Shown: positions 6,335-14,880, counted from the stretch's first letter. The stretch: 34,336 nt of DNA from Anaerolineae bacterium (GCA_035529535.1 DATKWP010000118.1:1-34336); one strand, 5' to 3'. Notes: generated by a model from the sequence alone, not told the origin. Numbers and translations: made by a program.

Positions 6335-7348
6335 ATGCACAAACAGCGCAAGTCCGACCACATCCGCATCAACCTGCAAGAGGACGTTGACTTCAAGTAC
6401 GTCTCCACGGGCTTTGAGCACTACCGGTTCATCCACTGTGCGCTGCCTGACCTCAATCTCGAGGACGTGGACACCTCGACCATGCTGCTGGGCAAGCGGT
6501 TGGCGGCCCCGCTGCTGATCTCCTCAATGACGGGTGGTACGCCGGAGGCCAGCGCGCTCAATCAGCATCTGGCGGAAGCGGCCCAGGCCGCCGGGATCGG
6601 CATGGGGCTGGGCTCGCAGCGCGCCGCCATCGAAGACCCGGCCCTGGCCGAGACCTACCGCGTGCGCCAGGTGGCCCCCGACGTCCTGTTGATGGCCAAC
6701 CTGGGCGCAGTGCAGTTAAACTATGGCTACGGCCCCGACGAATGCCGCCGGGCCGTCGAAATGGTGGAGGCCGATGCGCTGATCCTGCACCTCAACCCGC
6801 TGCACGAGGCGCTCCAACCCCGAGGGGAGACCCGCTTCGCGGGCCTGTTGCCCAGGATCGAAGCCGTCTGCCGGGCCCTGGAGGTACCCGTCGTGGTCAA
6901 GGAGGTCGGCTGGGGGTTCTCGGAACAGGTGGCCCGCGACCTGGCGGGGGCCGGGGTGGCGGCGCTGGACGTGGCCGGGGCGGGCGGCAGTTCGTGGAGC
7001 CAGGTGGAGATGCACCGCGCTACCGGCGAGCGGGGGCGCCAGGTGGCGGCGGCCTTTGCCGACTGGGGCATTCCCACCGCCGAAAGCCTGCTGATGGCCC
7101 GGCGTGGGGCGCCCGGGCTGCCCCTGATCGCCAGCGGAGGCATACGCGACGGCATCCAGATCGCCAAGGCGCTCGCGCTCGGCGCGACGGCCTGCGGCGT
7201 GGCCGGCCCGTTCCTGCGCGCCGCCGCCGAGTCCGCCGCCGCCGTGGCCGAAGTCATCGCTACGCTGGTGACCCAATTGCGGGTGGCGATGTTCGCGGCG
7301 GGGGCGGGGAATATTCAGGAACTCCAGCATACGCCTCTCTTCACATAG
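6335..7348 (+). CDS. fni: Isopentenyl-diphosphate delta-isomerase, type 2 (FMN-dependent)
   Basis: [46 protein letters not shown] and [20 protein letters not shown] are IDI-2 signatures. ATG 6335 is preferred over GTG 6329 because of the SD spacing. Confidence 0.92.
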   Translation: MHKQRKSDHIRINLQEDVDFKYVSTGFEHYRFIHCALPDLNLEDVDTSTMLLGKRLAAPLLISSMTGGTPEASALNQHLAEAAQAAGIGMGLGSQRAAIEDPALAETYRVRQVAPDVLLMANLGAVQLNYGYGPDECRRAVEMVEADALILHLNPLHEALQPRGETRFAGLLPRIEAVCRALEVPVVVKEVGWGFSEQVARDLAGAGVAALDVAGAGGSSWSQVEMHRATGERGRQVAAAFADWGIPTAESLLMARRGAPGLPLIASGGIRDGIQIAKALALGATACGVAGPFLRAAAESAAAVAEVIATLVTQLRVAMFAAGAGNIQELQHTPLFT

Positions 7349-7380
7349 CACGTTTCACGTTTCACGTTTCACGTTTCACG
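7349..7380. repeat. Tandem heptamers, family III (CACGTTT x4 plus a partial unit)
   Basis: The block starts 1 nt after the fni stop codon (TAG 7346-7348) and ends about 10 nt before the GGAAGGAGGGGA SD of the next gene. Confidence 0.95.
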
Positions 7381-7404
7381 CAATACGCGGAAGGAGGGGA
7401 GTTG

Positions 7405-8436
7405 GTGACCGGGCGGGCTTCATCCCTCAGTACGTTCTTTCACTACTTGACAGCACTCGAAGCAGAGATGCGGACGGTCGTGCGGACGGCCGATCCACGC
7501 CAGGCCGGGCTGTTCGGCATGTTGCATTATCACCTGGGCTGGGCCGACGCCGCGATGCGTCCCGGCCAGACCCAGGCCGGCAAGCGGATGCGGCCCATGC
7601 TGTGCCTGCTGGCCTGCGAGGCCTGCGGTGGCCAATGGGAGCAGGCGGTTCCCGCGGCGGCCGCCCTCGAACTGATGCACAACTTTACCCTCATCCACGA
7701 CGACATCGAGGATGGGGACGAGACGCGCCGTGGCCGCCCCACCGTGTGGGCCTTGTGGGGGCAGGCGCAGGCGATCAACGCCGGGGATGCGCTGTTCGCG
7801 CTGGTCCAACTGGCGCTGGTGCGGCTGGAAGAGCGGGGAGTTCCCGCCACGACCGTCGTGGCGGCCATTGGGCTGCTCAACCGCACCTGCGTGGCGCTCA
7901 CCGGCGGCCAATACCTCGACATCGGCTTCGAGAGCCGTGAGCAGGTCTCGATGCCGGAGTACATGGCGATGATCGAGGGCAAAACGGCCGCCCTGGCCGC
8001 CAGTGCCAGCGAGATGGGGGCGCTGCTGGCCGCAGCGCAGCCAGCGCGCCGCGAGCACCTGCGGGCGTTCGGCCACCACCTGGGGCTGGCCTTTCAAATG
8101 CACGACGACGTCCTGGGCATCTGGGGCGACTCGGCGCTCACCGGCAAGCCGGTGGGGGCCGACATCGCCAGGCGCAAGAAATCGCTGCCCCTCCTCCACG
8201 GCCTCGAACGAAGCGCAGAACTGCGCGCGCTCCTGGCGCAGGAAACGCTCTCGGCGGACGACGTGCGCCGCGCGACGCGGCTGCTGGAGGAGGTGGACAG
8301 CCGCGCATACGCCGAGCAACTGGAGCGGGAATATCACGCCCAGGCGCTGGACGCGCTGGCGAAAACGGGCCTGGAAGGCCCGGCCGTCCAGGCCCTCCAG
8401 GAACTGGCGCAAGTGCTCCTCCGCCGCGCCCAGTAG
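7405..8436 (+). CDS. Polyprenyl diphosphate synthase (trans-isoprenyl diphosphate synthase, GGPP synthase-like)
   Basis: Only the C-terminal 343 codons of track ORF 6742..8436 are real. The upstream part overlaps fni out of frame. GTG 7405 (or TTG 7402) follows the SD GGAAGGAGGGGA. The first Asp-rich motif is LIHDDIEDGDETRRGRP and the second is FQMHDDVLGIWGD. GKRMRP and KKSLP motifs are also present. Confidence 0.88.
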   Translation: MTGRASSLSTFFHYLTALEAEMRTVVRTADPRQAGLFGMLHYHLGWADAAMRPGQTQAGKRMRPMLCLLACEACGGQWEQAVPAAAALELMHNFTLIHDDIEDGDETRRGRPTVWALWGQAQAINAGDALFALVQLALVRLEERGVPATTVVAAIGLLNRTCVALTGGQYLDIGFESREQVSMPEYMAMIEGKTAALAASASEMGALLAAAQPARREHLRAFGHHLGLAFQMHDDVLGIWGDSALTGKPVGADIARRKKSLPLLHGLERSAELRALLAQETLSADDVRRATRLLEEVDSRAYAEQLEREYHAQALDALAKTGLEGPAVQALQELAQVLLRRAQ

Positions 8437-8441
8437 TGCGC

Positions 8442-8635
8442 ACGTGACCTACGCCTATCCACGATCTTCGTAGGTCACGCTTGCAGCGTGACGAAACCCG
8501 CCCACACACGCGACGGCCGTCACGTTACAAACGTGACCTACGCCTTCCACGATCTTCGTAGGTCACGCTTGCAGCGTGACGAAACCCGCCCACACGCGAG
8601 GGCCGTCACGTTACAAACGTGACCTACACCTACGC
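8442..8635. repeat. 2.2 tandem copies of an ~89-bp unit made of three overlapping palindromic hairpins (REP/BIME-like)
   Basis: Unit starts (ACGTGACC) are at 8442, 8531 and 8617. Hairpins: GTGACCTACG-N15-CGTAGGTCAC (8444-8478, 8533-8566); GTCACGCT-TGC-AGCGTGAC (8474-8492, 8562-8580); GTCACGTT-ACA-AACGTGAC (8519-8537, 8605-8623). The array fills the convergent spacer between stop codons at 8436 and 8630. Confidence 0.9.
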
Positions 8636-9532
8636 TCCGCGCATCGGGCAGGATAGCAGCCGCCGTAAGGCCACACCGTCGGCGGGGTCGGTCGGCTTCG
8701 CAGTCACCGTCCAGACTTCCCGGTGTACGACCTCCTCGTCCGGGTAAAAGGTCGCCAGCGGCCCCAGTGTCTCCAGCTCGATCAGCCGCCGGGACGTGTA
8801 GACCTGGAGCGGGCAGTCCTCGTCCGGGTAGCGCACACCGGGCATCCAGTGGTATGACTTGAGGAACGTGGCATCCTCCCGGCACAGGGCGACCCACCCT
8901 TCCGGGCAACTGGTGCCCACCTTGCCCTCCTCGCCGGTTGGGGCGACCCGGAACAGGTCCGGCCCGGGCTGCCACTGCTGGCTCGTCACGTCCGAGCCAT
9001 GGCCGATCCAGCGACTCCAGTAGATGATCTTCTTGAGGTCCCAGGCCCCACCCCGCCCCCACGGGAAGACGACGACCCCCTTGGGCTCGACACAGGTAAG
9101 TGCCCACGGGGCTCCCGTATAGAGCATGTCGCCGGTGTACCGCGCGCCGTGCTCCACCACGAAGCGGCCATCGCGCGCGGTGACGGTGAGCCGCTTTTGC
9201 AGTTTCGTCTGCGATGCGACGGGGGCGAGCACCGTCAGCCGGTCGGCAGCGACCTCCACCTCGCAGCGCGCATTGTCCGGCGCATACGTGTGCTCGGTCT
9301 CCGGCGCGATCCAGAAGCGGTGCCCGCCGTAGACGTACCAGGCCGCATCCTCCTGGCCCTGCCCGGCCGTCTCCTCGTCCACGAACAGCAGGTTCGGCCC
9401 GCCGCCGGCCGAGAGGGAGAGGATACGGGGACCGATCTCCGTCACGATTACCATCTCGGCCTCTCCCAGGCGCAGCCGGTAGGCCTCGCGCCAACCACGA
9501 AATTCGGTCCGTTCGATTTTCATTGCACCCAT
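8630..9532 (-). CDS. Hypothetical beta-rich protein (possibly a DUF4380 / aldose-epimerase-like fold)
   Basis: GGAGG lies 6 nt before ATG 9532 (ATG 9523 is an alternative). Coding-type GC3 bias. YGGHRFWIAPE and a Trp/Gly-rich beta-strand-like composition are the only hints. No catalytic motif is recognised. Confidence 0.6.
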   Translation of the reverse strand: MGAMKIERTEFRGWREAYRLRLGEAEMVIVTEIGPRILSLSAGGGPNLLFVDEETAGQGQEDAAWYVYGGHRFWIAPETEHTYAPDNARCEVEVAADRLTVLAPVASQTKLQKRLTVTARDGRFVVEHGARYTGDMLYTGAPWALTCVEPKGVVVFPWGRGGAWDLKKIIYWSRWIGHGSDVTSQQWQPGPDLFRVAPTGEEGKVGTSCPEGWVALCREDATFLKSYHWMPGVRYPDEDCPLQVYTSRRLIELETLGPLATFYPDEEVVHREVWTVTAKPTDPADGVALRRLLSCPMRGA

Positions 9533-9559
9533 ACGGCACCTCCCCAAAAACAGTCCGCT

Positions 9560-10357
9560 TCAGCCCTGGCTGAGCGCTCGGGCCCGTTGGAAGAACTCTG
9601 CGGTCAAGGCCGGGACCACCTCGTCGCGCTTGACCGCCGCGATGTACTGCGCCAGGCTATCGGCCGCCAGGCGCACGAGGGTACGCCCCTTCTCCTCGGT
9701 AGCGGCCCGGGCATCGCCCGCATAGTGCTCAGGATAATTGCTGTACCACCAGATGCCGGTGAAGGTAGGCGGCAAGTCCTTCATACGGTTCAACGGCAGG
9801 GCCGGCTGCTCCGGCACCCGCTCCATCTTGACCAGGTCAGGGTAGGTACCCAGGACCGCGCTGGTCTCCACCTCGCAGGCGTGCCCGCCGAAGGACGTGG
9901 CGCGCAGGGCCTCCCATTCCTTTTCCCCTTCGGGCGTGAGGAACTGCATCGGCATGTATAGATGGTAGGGTTTCTCTTCCCACAGGCTGCACTGGGCCAG
10001 GAAGGCCAGGAGATGCTCGTTGCCTCCGTGGCCGTTGTAGACCACGATCTTCTTGAACCCATTGCGCCCGATCTCGTCAAACACGCCCTGGAGCAGCTCT
10101 ATCAGCAACCCCGGCGCGATGGTCACGGTGCCAGGGAAGCAACGCGCCTCATAGATCTGGCCAAAGTAGAACGGCGGGAAGACCACGGCGGGTTCCTTTT
10201 CCGCCGCCAGGCTTGCGATGGCGTGGCAGGTGAGGTAATCGGTGCCCAATGGCAGATGGTCGCTATGTCGTTCGACGACTCCCATGGCGATCACGCACAC
10301 GCTGCTCTCACGCACCGCCCTGGCAAAATCTGGAGCAGTCAACTGTTCCCACTGCAT
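9560..10357 (-). CDS. Creatininase-family amidohydrolase (creatinine amidohydrolase / MftE / ArfB superfamily)
   Basis: Only the C-terminal 265 codons of track ORF 9560..11752 are real. ATG 10357 follows AAGGAGGGAAAG. Family motifs present: VERHSDHLPLGTDY, VYNGHGGN, FGGHACEVETS. Confidence 0.85.
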   Translation of the reverse strand: MQWEQLTAPDFARAVRESSVCVIAMGVVERHSDHLPLGTDYLTCHAIASLAAEKEPAVVFPPFYFGQIYEARCFPGTVTIAPGLLIELLQGVFDEIGRNGFKKIVVYNGHGGNEHLLAFLAQCSLWEEKPYHLYMPMQFLTPEGEKEWEALRATSFGGHACEVETSAVLGTYPDLVKMERVPEQPALPLNRMKDLPPTFTGIWWYSNYPEHYAGDARAATEEKGRTLVRLAADSLAQYIAAVKRDEVVPALTAEFFQRARALSQG

Positions 10358-10434
10358 CGGCTTTCCCTCCTTAAACTCTAGTCTGGTAGAGACCAGGTTT
10401 CTCCCAGTTTCCCAAGAACCCGGTTTCTTGAACA

Positions 10435-11694
10435 CTACTTGGACGGCCGTCGTCCGGGCAACAGCCGGACGGCAGCCACGCCGGCGATCCCGAAGACGCC
10501 AGCGGCGAACAAGAAGGGGGCGCGCAGCCCCAGCCACACCGCCAGCGCGCTCCCCATCAGCGGCCCGACGGCGTTGGCCACCGACGCGAAGGTGGCATCC
10601 ATGCCATAGATGATACCCTCCTGGCCCTCCGGCGCCAGCCGGGCCAGCCAGGCACTGACGGAGGCCAGTATCCCTCCCATAGCCAGCCCTGTCCCGGCCT
10701 GCCAAAGCAGCAAGGCGGCGGGACTCCCGGCGAAGGCCTGAGGCACGTAGCACACGACCGAGATGGCCGCACAGGCCAGCAGGATCCAGCGGTAGCCCAC
10801 GCGGTCGCCGAGCCAGCCCAGGCCCAGCGCCCCCACGGCGCCGGCAGCGGCGCTGCCTCCACTGACCAGCCCGGTGATCGAGGCCACGCGGGCGTCCGCC
10901 GGAACGATGGACTGGATGAAGAGCGGCAGCACCGGGCTCAGCAGGTTCGACCCCAGTTTCATCACCAGGCGCACTCCCAGGATGCCCAGCACGGCCGAGC
11001 CCAGCGCCGGCGCCAGCCGGTTCCATAGGCGCGCGCGGGAGGTCGCCCCGCCCACCCCGGCCCCACCCTGTGGCTCCCTGGATGGTGCTACGGGATGGAA
11101 TTCCTCCCGCACGAAGAACAGCACCCCCATCCCGGCCAGGAACAGCAGCGCCCCGGTGACCCAGAAGGCGGCCTGGTAGCCCAGCGTGTCGGCCACCAGC
11201 CCTCCCAGGAGGGGGCCGACCGAGGAGCCCACGTAAACCGCCATCTGTAAGAGGCCCAGCGCGTAGCCGGCGCGCTCGCGGGGGGTGTTGGTGGCGACGA
11301 GAGCGGTGGCCGCCGTGACCGTGCCGGTCAACGCACCTTGCAGCATGCGCAGGATGGCCAATTGCTGCACCGTGCGGGCCAGGCCCATCAGGCCGATCAC
11401 GATGGCTCCACTGAACATGGCCCGCTCGACCATCACCTTGCGGCCACGGCGATCGCTGATCGCCCCCCAGATCGGGCCAAAGATCGCCATGGTCACGGCG
11501 TGAGCGGTGTAGATCAGGCCGGACCAGAGCTTGACCTCCCGTTCGTCCTGCACGCCCAACCGGGGCACGTAGAGCGGCAGCAGGGGCAGCACGACCGAGA
11601 ACCCGACGATGGCCACCAGTTCGGCGAACCAGATCGCGATCAGGTTGCGCCGCCAAGAGGGGAGGGCGTTGGCGGAAAATGTGTGGTGAGACAT
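10435..11694 (-). CDS. MFS transporter (12-TM, DHA1-like)
   Basis: Track ORF 10435..11982 trimmed to ATG 11694 (MSHHTFSANALPSWRRNLIAIWFAELV...). The MFS motif A-like GAISDRRGRKVM lies between TM2 and TM3. Hydrophobic segments repeat throughout. No SD is evident upstream, where heptamer repeats abut the ATG. Confidence 0.8.
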   Translation of the reverse strand: MSHHTFSANALPSWRRNLIAIWFAELVAIVGFSVVLPLLPLYVPRLGVQDEREVKLWSGLIYTAHAVTMAIFGPIWGAISDRRGRKVMVERAMFSGAIVIGLMGLARTVQQLAILRMLQGALTGTVTAATALVATNTPRERAGYALGLLQMAVYVGSSVGPLLGGLVADTLGYQAAFWVTGALLFLAGMGVLFFVREEFHPVAPSREPQGGAGVGGATSRARLWNRLAPALGSAVLGILGVRLVMKLGSNLLSPVLPLFIQSIVPADARVASITGLVSGGSAAAGAVGALGLGWLGDRVGYRWILLACAAISVVCYVPQAFAGSPAALLLWQAGTGLAMGGILASVSAWLARLAPEGQEGIIYGMDATFASVANAVGPLMGSALAVWLGLRAPFLFAAGVFGIAGVAAVRLLPGRRPSK

Positions 11695-11771
11695 GATGCG
11701 TGAAACGTGAAACGTGATGCGTGTTGCGTGGCTGGCACGGAATACGGAACACGGAACACGCACGACGCGAT
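11695..11771. repeat. Eleven tandem heptamers (GATGCGT GAAACGT GAAACGT GATGCGT GTTGCGT GGCTGGC ACGGAAT ACGGAAC ACGGAAC ACGCACG ACGCGAT)
   Basis: The block fills most of the spacer between the mttB-family stop codon (11793) and the MFS start (11694). It mixes family III and family II units, reverse-complemented relative to 7349 and 6281. Confidence 0.9.
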
Positions 11772-11792
11772 GTGCAGGGATGAGTGTGTAGG

Positions 11793-13259
11793 CTATTTGT
11801 GCCGCTGTTCGGCCTGGGCGATGATCTCTTTCAGGTTGGCTTCTACGTCTGCCGGGATGGGCATGGGCTGATGCTGTTCGAGGATGTCTATCACCTTCGC
11901 CCGCACCCGCTCGCCCATCGTTTTCTTGCCGCCGGCCTGCCAACTGCGGCGCTGCTGGCGGTCTATCAGGGTCGGGAGCCATAACTCTGTCCTAAAGTGC
12001 TTGCGCGTGTGTTCCTGGGTCAGGTAATGGCCCCCCGGCCCCACCCGCTCGATGACGTCCGCCGCCAGCGTCTCGGGCGTGACCACCACGCTATCCAGGA
12101 TGCGCCTGGCCATGCCGATGACCTCGTCCGCCATGACGAGCATGTCGTAGGAGCCGACCAGGCCCCCCTCCAGGTAGCCCACGTCGTGGATCAGGTTGGC
12201 ACCCGACAATGCGGCGATGACGACCGACAGGGTGGCCTCGATGGCTGCCTGCTGGTCGAGCACCTTGGAATCGGAGCAGCCGGCGGTGGAGAACATGGGC
12301 AGGTGCAACCACCTGGCGACGTCGGTCATGGCGGCGCTGACCAGGGCCAGTTCCGGCGCGCCGTAGGACAGGATGGAGGTTTGCATGTCCATGGCGGAAT
12401 TCACGCCGCCGATGACGACCGCCGCCCCTGTGCGCTTGAGTTGAGCCAGCACGACGCCCACCAGGCACTCGGCCAGGGCCTGGGCCAACGTACCGGCCAG
12501 GGTCACGGGGCCGGTGCCCCCGCACATGATGCAAGGGGTGTAGATGGCCGGGATACCCGTTTCGGCGGCGTACAGGACCTTGTCCACCGCTTCGACCGAG
12601 TTGCTCAGGGGGGAACTGGGCTCGATGTAGACGACGAAGAGGGGGGCAGCGGTGAACTCGTGCGCTCCGCCCAGCACCTCGCAGGCCATGTGGTACTGGT
12701 CGGCCAGCCCCTCTTTGTCCACGGCGGTGATGACGAGCGGCTTGGACGTGCCCTGCAGCATGGCCAGGAACTGGTGGCGATCGTAGACCTGGGGGAGCAC
12801 GCCGGACGTCAGGCCCAACGACATGTGAAAATCAATGTGGGAGAGCGCGTCGCTGATGCGGGCCGCGTCGGTTACGTCCCGGTAGGTATACTTGCGCACC
12901 TCGTCCGTGTAGGGGTCTATCAACGAGGGGCAGTCGGAGCCGGTGCCAAAGTAAGCCTTGTCTTTTTCCAGGACGATGCGTTTGCGGCGGTCCCGCCCGG
13001 CGACGACGATCCGTTCGGCGGCGGTGTTCAGCGCTTGCTTGACCAGCCAGGAGGGAATGTACACCCGGCGGCCCGTGGCGGCCTCTCCAGTGCCCATCCG
13101 GCAGCCAGCGCCGTGCAATAGGGCCACCCCCTCTGCTCCATACACGCGCGTGCCCGTCCGCTCCAGGACGTCCAGGCTGGCGTGGAAGACCTCTTCGATC
13201 TGGTCGCCGGACAGCACGCGGAACTGGGGCGTAGCGTTCACCTGGTAGTTGGCTCTCAT
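11793..13259 (-). CDS. MttB-superfamily (trimethylamine methyltransferase-like) corrinoid-dependent methyltransferase, non-pyrrolysine member
   Basis: Track ORF trimmed to ATG 13259, with a GGGAGGA SD inside the end of the upstream gene. The protein is 488 aa and resembles MttB/MtgB along its length: FRVLSGDQIEEVFHASLDVLERTG, GTGSDCP, IYTPCIMCGGTGPVTLAG, GAPELALVSAAM, MFSTAGCSDSK, IHDVGYLEGG, GPGGHYL. The frame is uninterrupted, so there is no in-frame amber codon. Confidence 0.88.
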   Translation of the reverse strand: MRANYQVNATPQFRVLSGDQIEEVFHASLDVLERTGTRVYGAEGVALLHGAGCRMGTGEAATGRRVYIPSWLVKQALNTAAERIVVAGRDRRKRIVLEKDKAYFGTGSDCPSLIDPYTDEVRKYTYRDVTDAARISDALSHIDFHMSLGLTSGVLPQVYDRHQFLAMLQGTSKPLVITAVDKEGLADQYHMACEVLGGAHEFTAAPLFVVYIEPSSPLSNSVEAVDKVLYAAETGIPAIYTPCIMCGGTGPVTLAGTLAQALAECLVGVVLAQLKRTGAAVVIGGVNSAMDMQTSILSYGAPELALVSAAMTDVARWLHLPMFSTAGCSDSKVLDQQAAIEATLSVVIAALSGANLIHDVGYLEGGLVGSYDMLVMADEVIGMARRILDSVVVTPETLAADVIERVGPGGHYLTQEHTRKHFRTELWLPTLIDRQQRRSWQAGGKKTMGERVRAKVIDILEQHQPMPIPADVEANLKEIIAQAEQRHK

Positions 13260-13264
13260 GGCGA

Positions 13265-13915
13265 CTATCCTCCCAGCAGCCCTTTGACGGCTTCCACCGC
13301 GCGGGTGGCGTTTTCGGCGTAGCCGTCGGCGCCGATCTCCGCGGCCCACTCGGGGCTGGTGGGCACGCCGCCGATGAGCACCTTTACCCGCTCCCGCAAG
13401 CCGGCCTCCTCGAGCGCGTGGATGACGGCTTCCTGGTTGAGCATCGTCGTGGTGAGCAGCGCCGAGAGCCCCACCACGTCGGCGTTCGCCTGGCGCACGG
13501 CGTCCACGAAGCGCTGCGGCGACACGTCCACGCCCAGATCGTGCACCTCGAAGCCGTTGGCCGCCAGCATGGTGGCGACCAGCGTCTTGCCGATCTCGTG
13601 GATGTCTCCCTGCACGGTGCCGATGACGATCCTGCCCAGCACCTGGCGCTCCTGTTTGCGCTTGACCAGTTCGGGCTCCAGTGCGGCGATGGCCGCCTTC
13701 ATGGCCTCGCCGCTCATCATCAGGTCGGGGATGAACAGGTCTCCGCGGGCAAAGCCTTCGCCGACCACGTCCATGCCTGGCTTGAAGCCCTGCTCGATGG
13801 CGGCCAGTGGATCCACGCCCGCGCGCAAGGCCTCGTGGGCCAGTTCGCGCGCCTTGTCCGGCAGGCCGGCGATGACCGCGTCGGTCATTTCCTTGAACAA
13901 TCTCTCATCTGTCAC
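13265..13915 (-). CDS. Corrinoid (cobalamin)-binding protein, MtbC/MtgC-like
   Basis: GTG 13915 lies 7 nt after GAGGAGG. An N-terminal helical cap (B12-binding_2-like) is followed by a Rossmann B12 domain with the DxHxxG motif (GTVQGDIHEIGKTLV), GLSALLTTTM and LIGG. Confidence 0.9.
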   Translation of the reverse strand: MTDERLFKEMTDAVIAGLPDKARELAHEALRAGVDPLAAIEQGFKPGMDVVGEGFARGDLFIPDLMMSGEAMKAAIAALEPELVKRKQERQVLGRIVIGTVQGDIHEIGKTLVATMLAANGFEVHDLGVDVSPQRFVDAVRQANADVVGLSALLTTTMLNQEAVIHALEEAGLRERVKVLIGGVPTSPEWAAEIGADGYAENATRAVEAVKGLLGG

Positions 13916-14873
13916 CTAGTATCCTCCTCGGTTCGTTTTGAACCTCCCGCAGGTTCACAACCTGCGGGAGGTTAAGAATCTCGAGGGGCTCGCCCCTGGC
14001 CGGGTCACGCACCAGCGAGAGCGCCCCCTGTGTACACCTGGAGACACACACGCCGCAGCCCATGCAGGCGGCGGCGTCCACGATGGCGGCGCCGTCTTTC
14101 ACGGAGAGCGCACCGAACTGGCAGAAACCGGTGCAAGTCGCACAGCCCACGCACGCGCCAGTGTCCACGCGGCTGACGTAGCCGGAGGAGGCCAGCATGG
14201 GGGTGCCGTGCCGGTGAGCCTGCATCGCTCCGCAGCAACAGGCGCAGCAGTTGCAGATGGCATAGAAGCGGCCCAACATGGCATCCTTGAAAAACGCGTG
14301 GTGGACGTGGCCGCGCTCGTGCTCGGCCTGCAGAATCTCCACCGCCTCGGCCTGCGTGGTCCAGCGCGACCGGCGCGGGTGGTGTTCGGCGATGAAACTG
14401 GCGAACGGCTCGCCGACGATCAGGCAGACGTCGAGCGGCAGGCAGGGCTCGGGACGCGCGGCCCGGCAGGGGCACTCGAGCGCCACGATGTGATCGGGAG
14501 AGCGCAGGACGATGTCGCGGGCGCGGGCGTAAGGAATCACCTGTTCCAGGTTGGACAGGTTGATCTCTTCGTTGACCGTGACCAGTTGCGTGGCGGCGGC
14601 CAGCGGCACGACCTTGCCGTGGTAGGTGTCGGCGAAGGTCACGCGGCCGGCGTCACCGGCCGGCCTGGGCGGGGACAGCCGGGCCAACCCGCGCACCAGC
14701 AGCCCAAAGAGGCGGGCCAACCGGTGTTCTCCGGTCCCAATGCCAATGTACAGGTAGGGCCAGCGGGCATACACGTAGCCGTGGAGCCAGTCGAAGAGCG
14801 AAAAGCCCGGGGTGCGCCGGGCTTCCCGCGCAAATGCCACCGTCGAAGGCTTGAGCCACTTTTTCCAAGCCAT
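13905..14873 (-). CDS. Cys-rich iron-sulfur protein with a C-terminal 2x[4Fe-4S] ferredoxin domain (family not recognised)
   Basis: Track ORF trimmed to ATG 14873, with a GAGGAG SD. Two ferredoxin motifs are present: CVGCATCTGFC and CMGCGVCVSRC. Upstream Cys clusters are ECPCRAARPEPCLPLDVC and ICNCCACCCG. The 3' end overlaps the corrinoid gene start by 11 nt. Confidence 0.75.
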   Translation of the reverse strand: MAWKKWLKPSTVAFAREARRTPGFSLFDWLHGYVYARWPYLYIGIGTGEHRLARLFGLLVRGLARLSPPRPAGDAGRVTFADTYHGKVVPLAAATQLVTVNEEINLSNLEQVIPYARARDIVLRSPDHIVALECPCRAARPEPCLPLDVCLIVGEPFASFIAEHHPRRSRWTTQAEAVEILQAEHERGHVHHAFFKDAMLGRFYAICNCCACCCGAMQAHRHGTPMLASSGYVSRVDTGACVGCATCTGFCQFGALSVKDGAAIVDAAACMGCGVCVSRCTQGALSLVRDPARGEPLEILNLPQVVNLREVQNEPRRILGDR

Positions 14874-14880
14874 GTTCTCC

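Noticed and set aside
6742-7404. N-terminal 220 codons of the 564-aa track ORF 6742..8436.
   Set aside because: This part overlaps fni in another frame and translates to Gly/Arg/Pro low complexity. A strong SD (GGAAGGAGGGGA) and GTG 7405 precede the point where polyprenyl synthase homology begins.
8442-8635. Possible CRISPR array, because of regularly spaced palindromic repeats.
   Set aside because: The whole 89-bp unit is repeated, with no unique spacers between the copies. There are only 2.2 copies and no cas genes in the window. It fits a REP/BIME-like tandem repeat better.
10358-11752. N-terminal ~465 codons of the 730-aa track ORF 9560..11752.
   Set aside because: It overlaps the MFS transporter gene out of frame and translates to Arg/Gly/Pro-rich junk. 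Creatininase homology starts at ATG 10357, which has its own SD. It is not a fusion protein.
11793-13259. In-frame amber (pyrrolysine) codon expected in true MttB trimethylamine methyltransferases.
   Set aside because: The reading frame is uninterrupted over all 488 codons. No pylTSBCD-like genes are in the window. It is therefore a non-Pyl family member, not a TMA methyltransferase.
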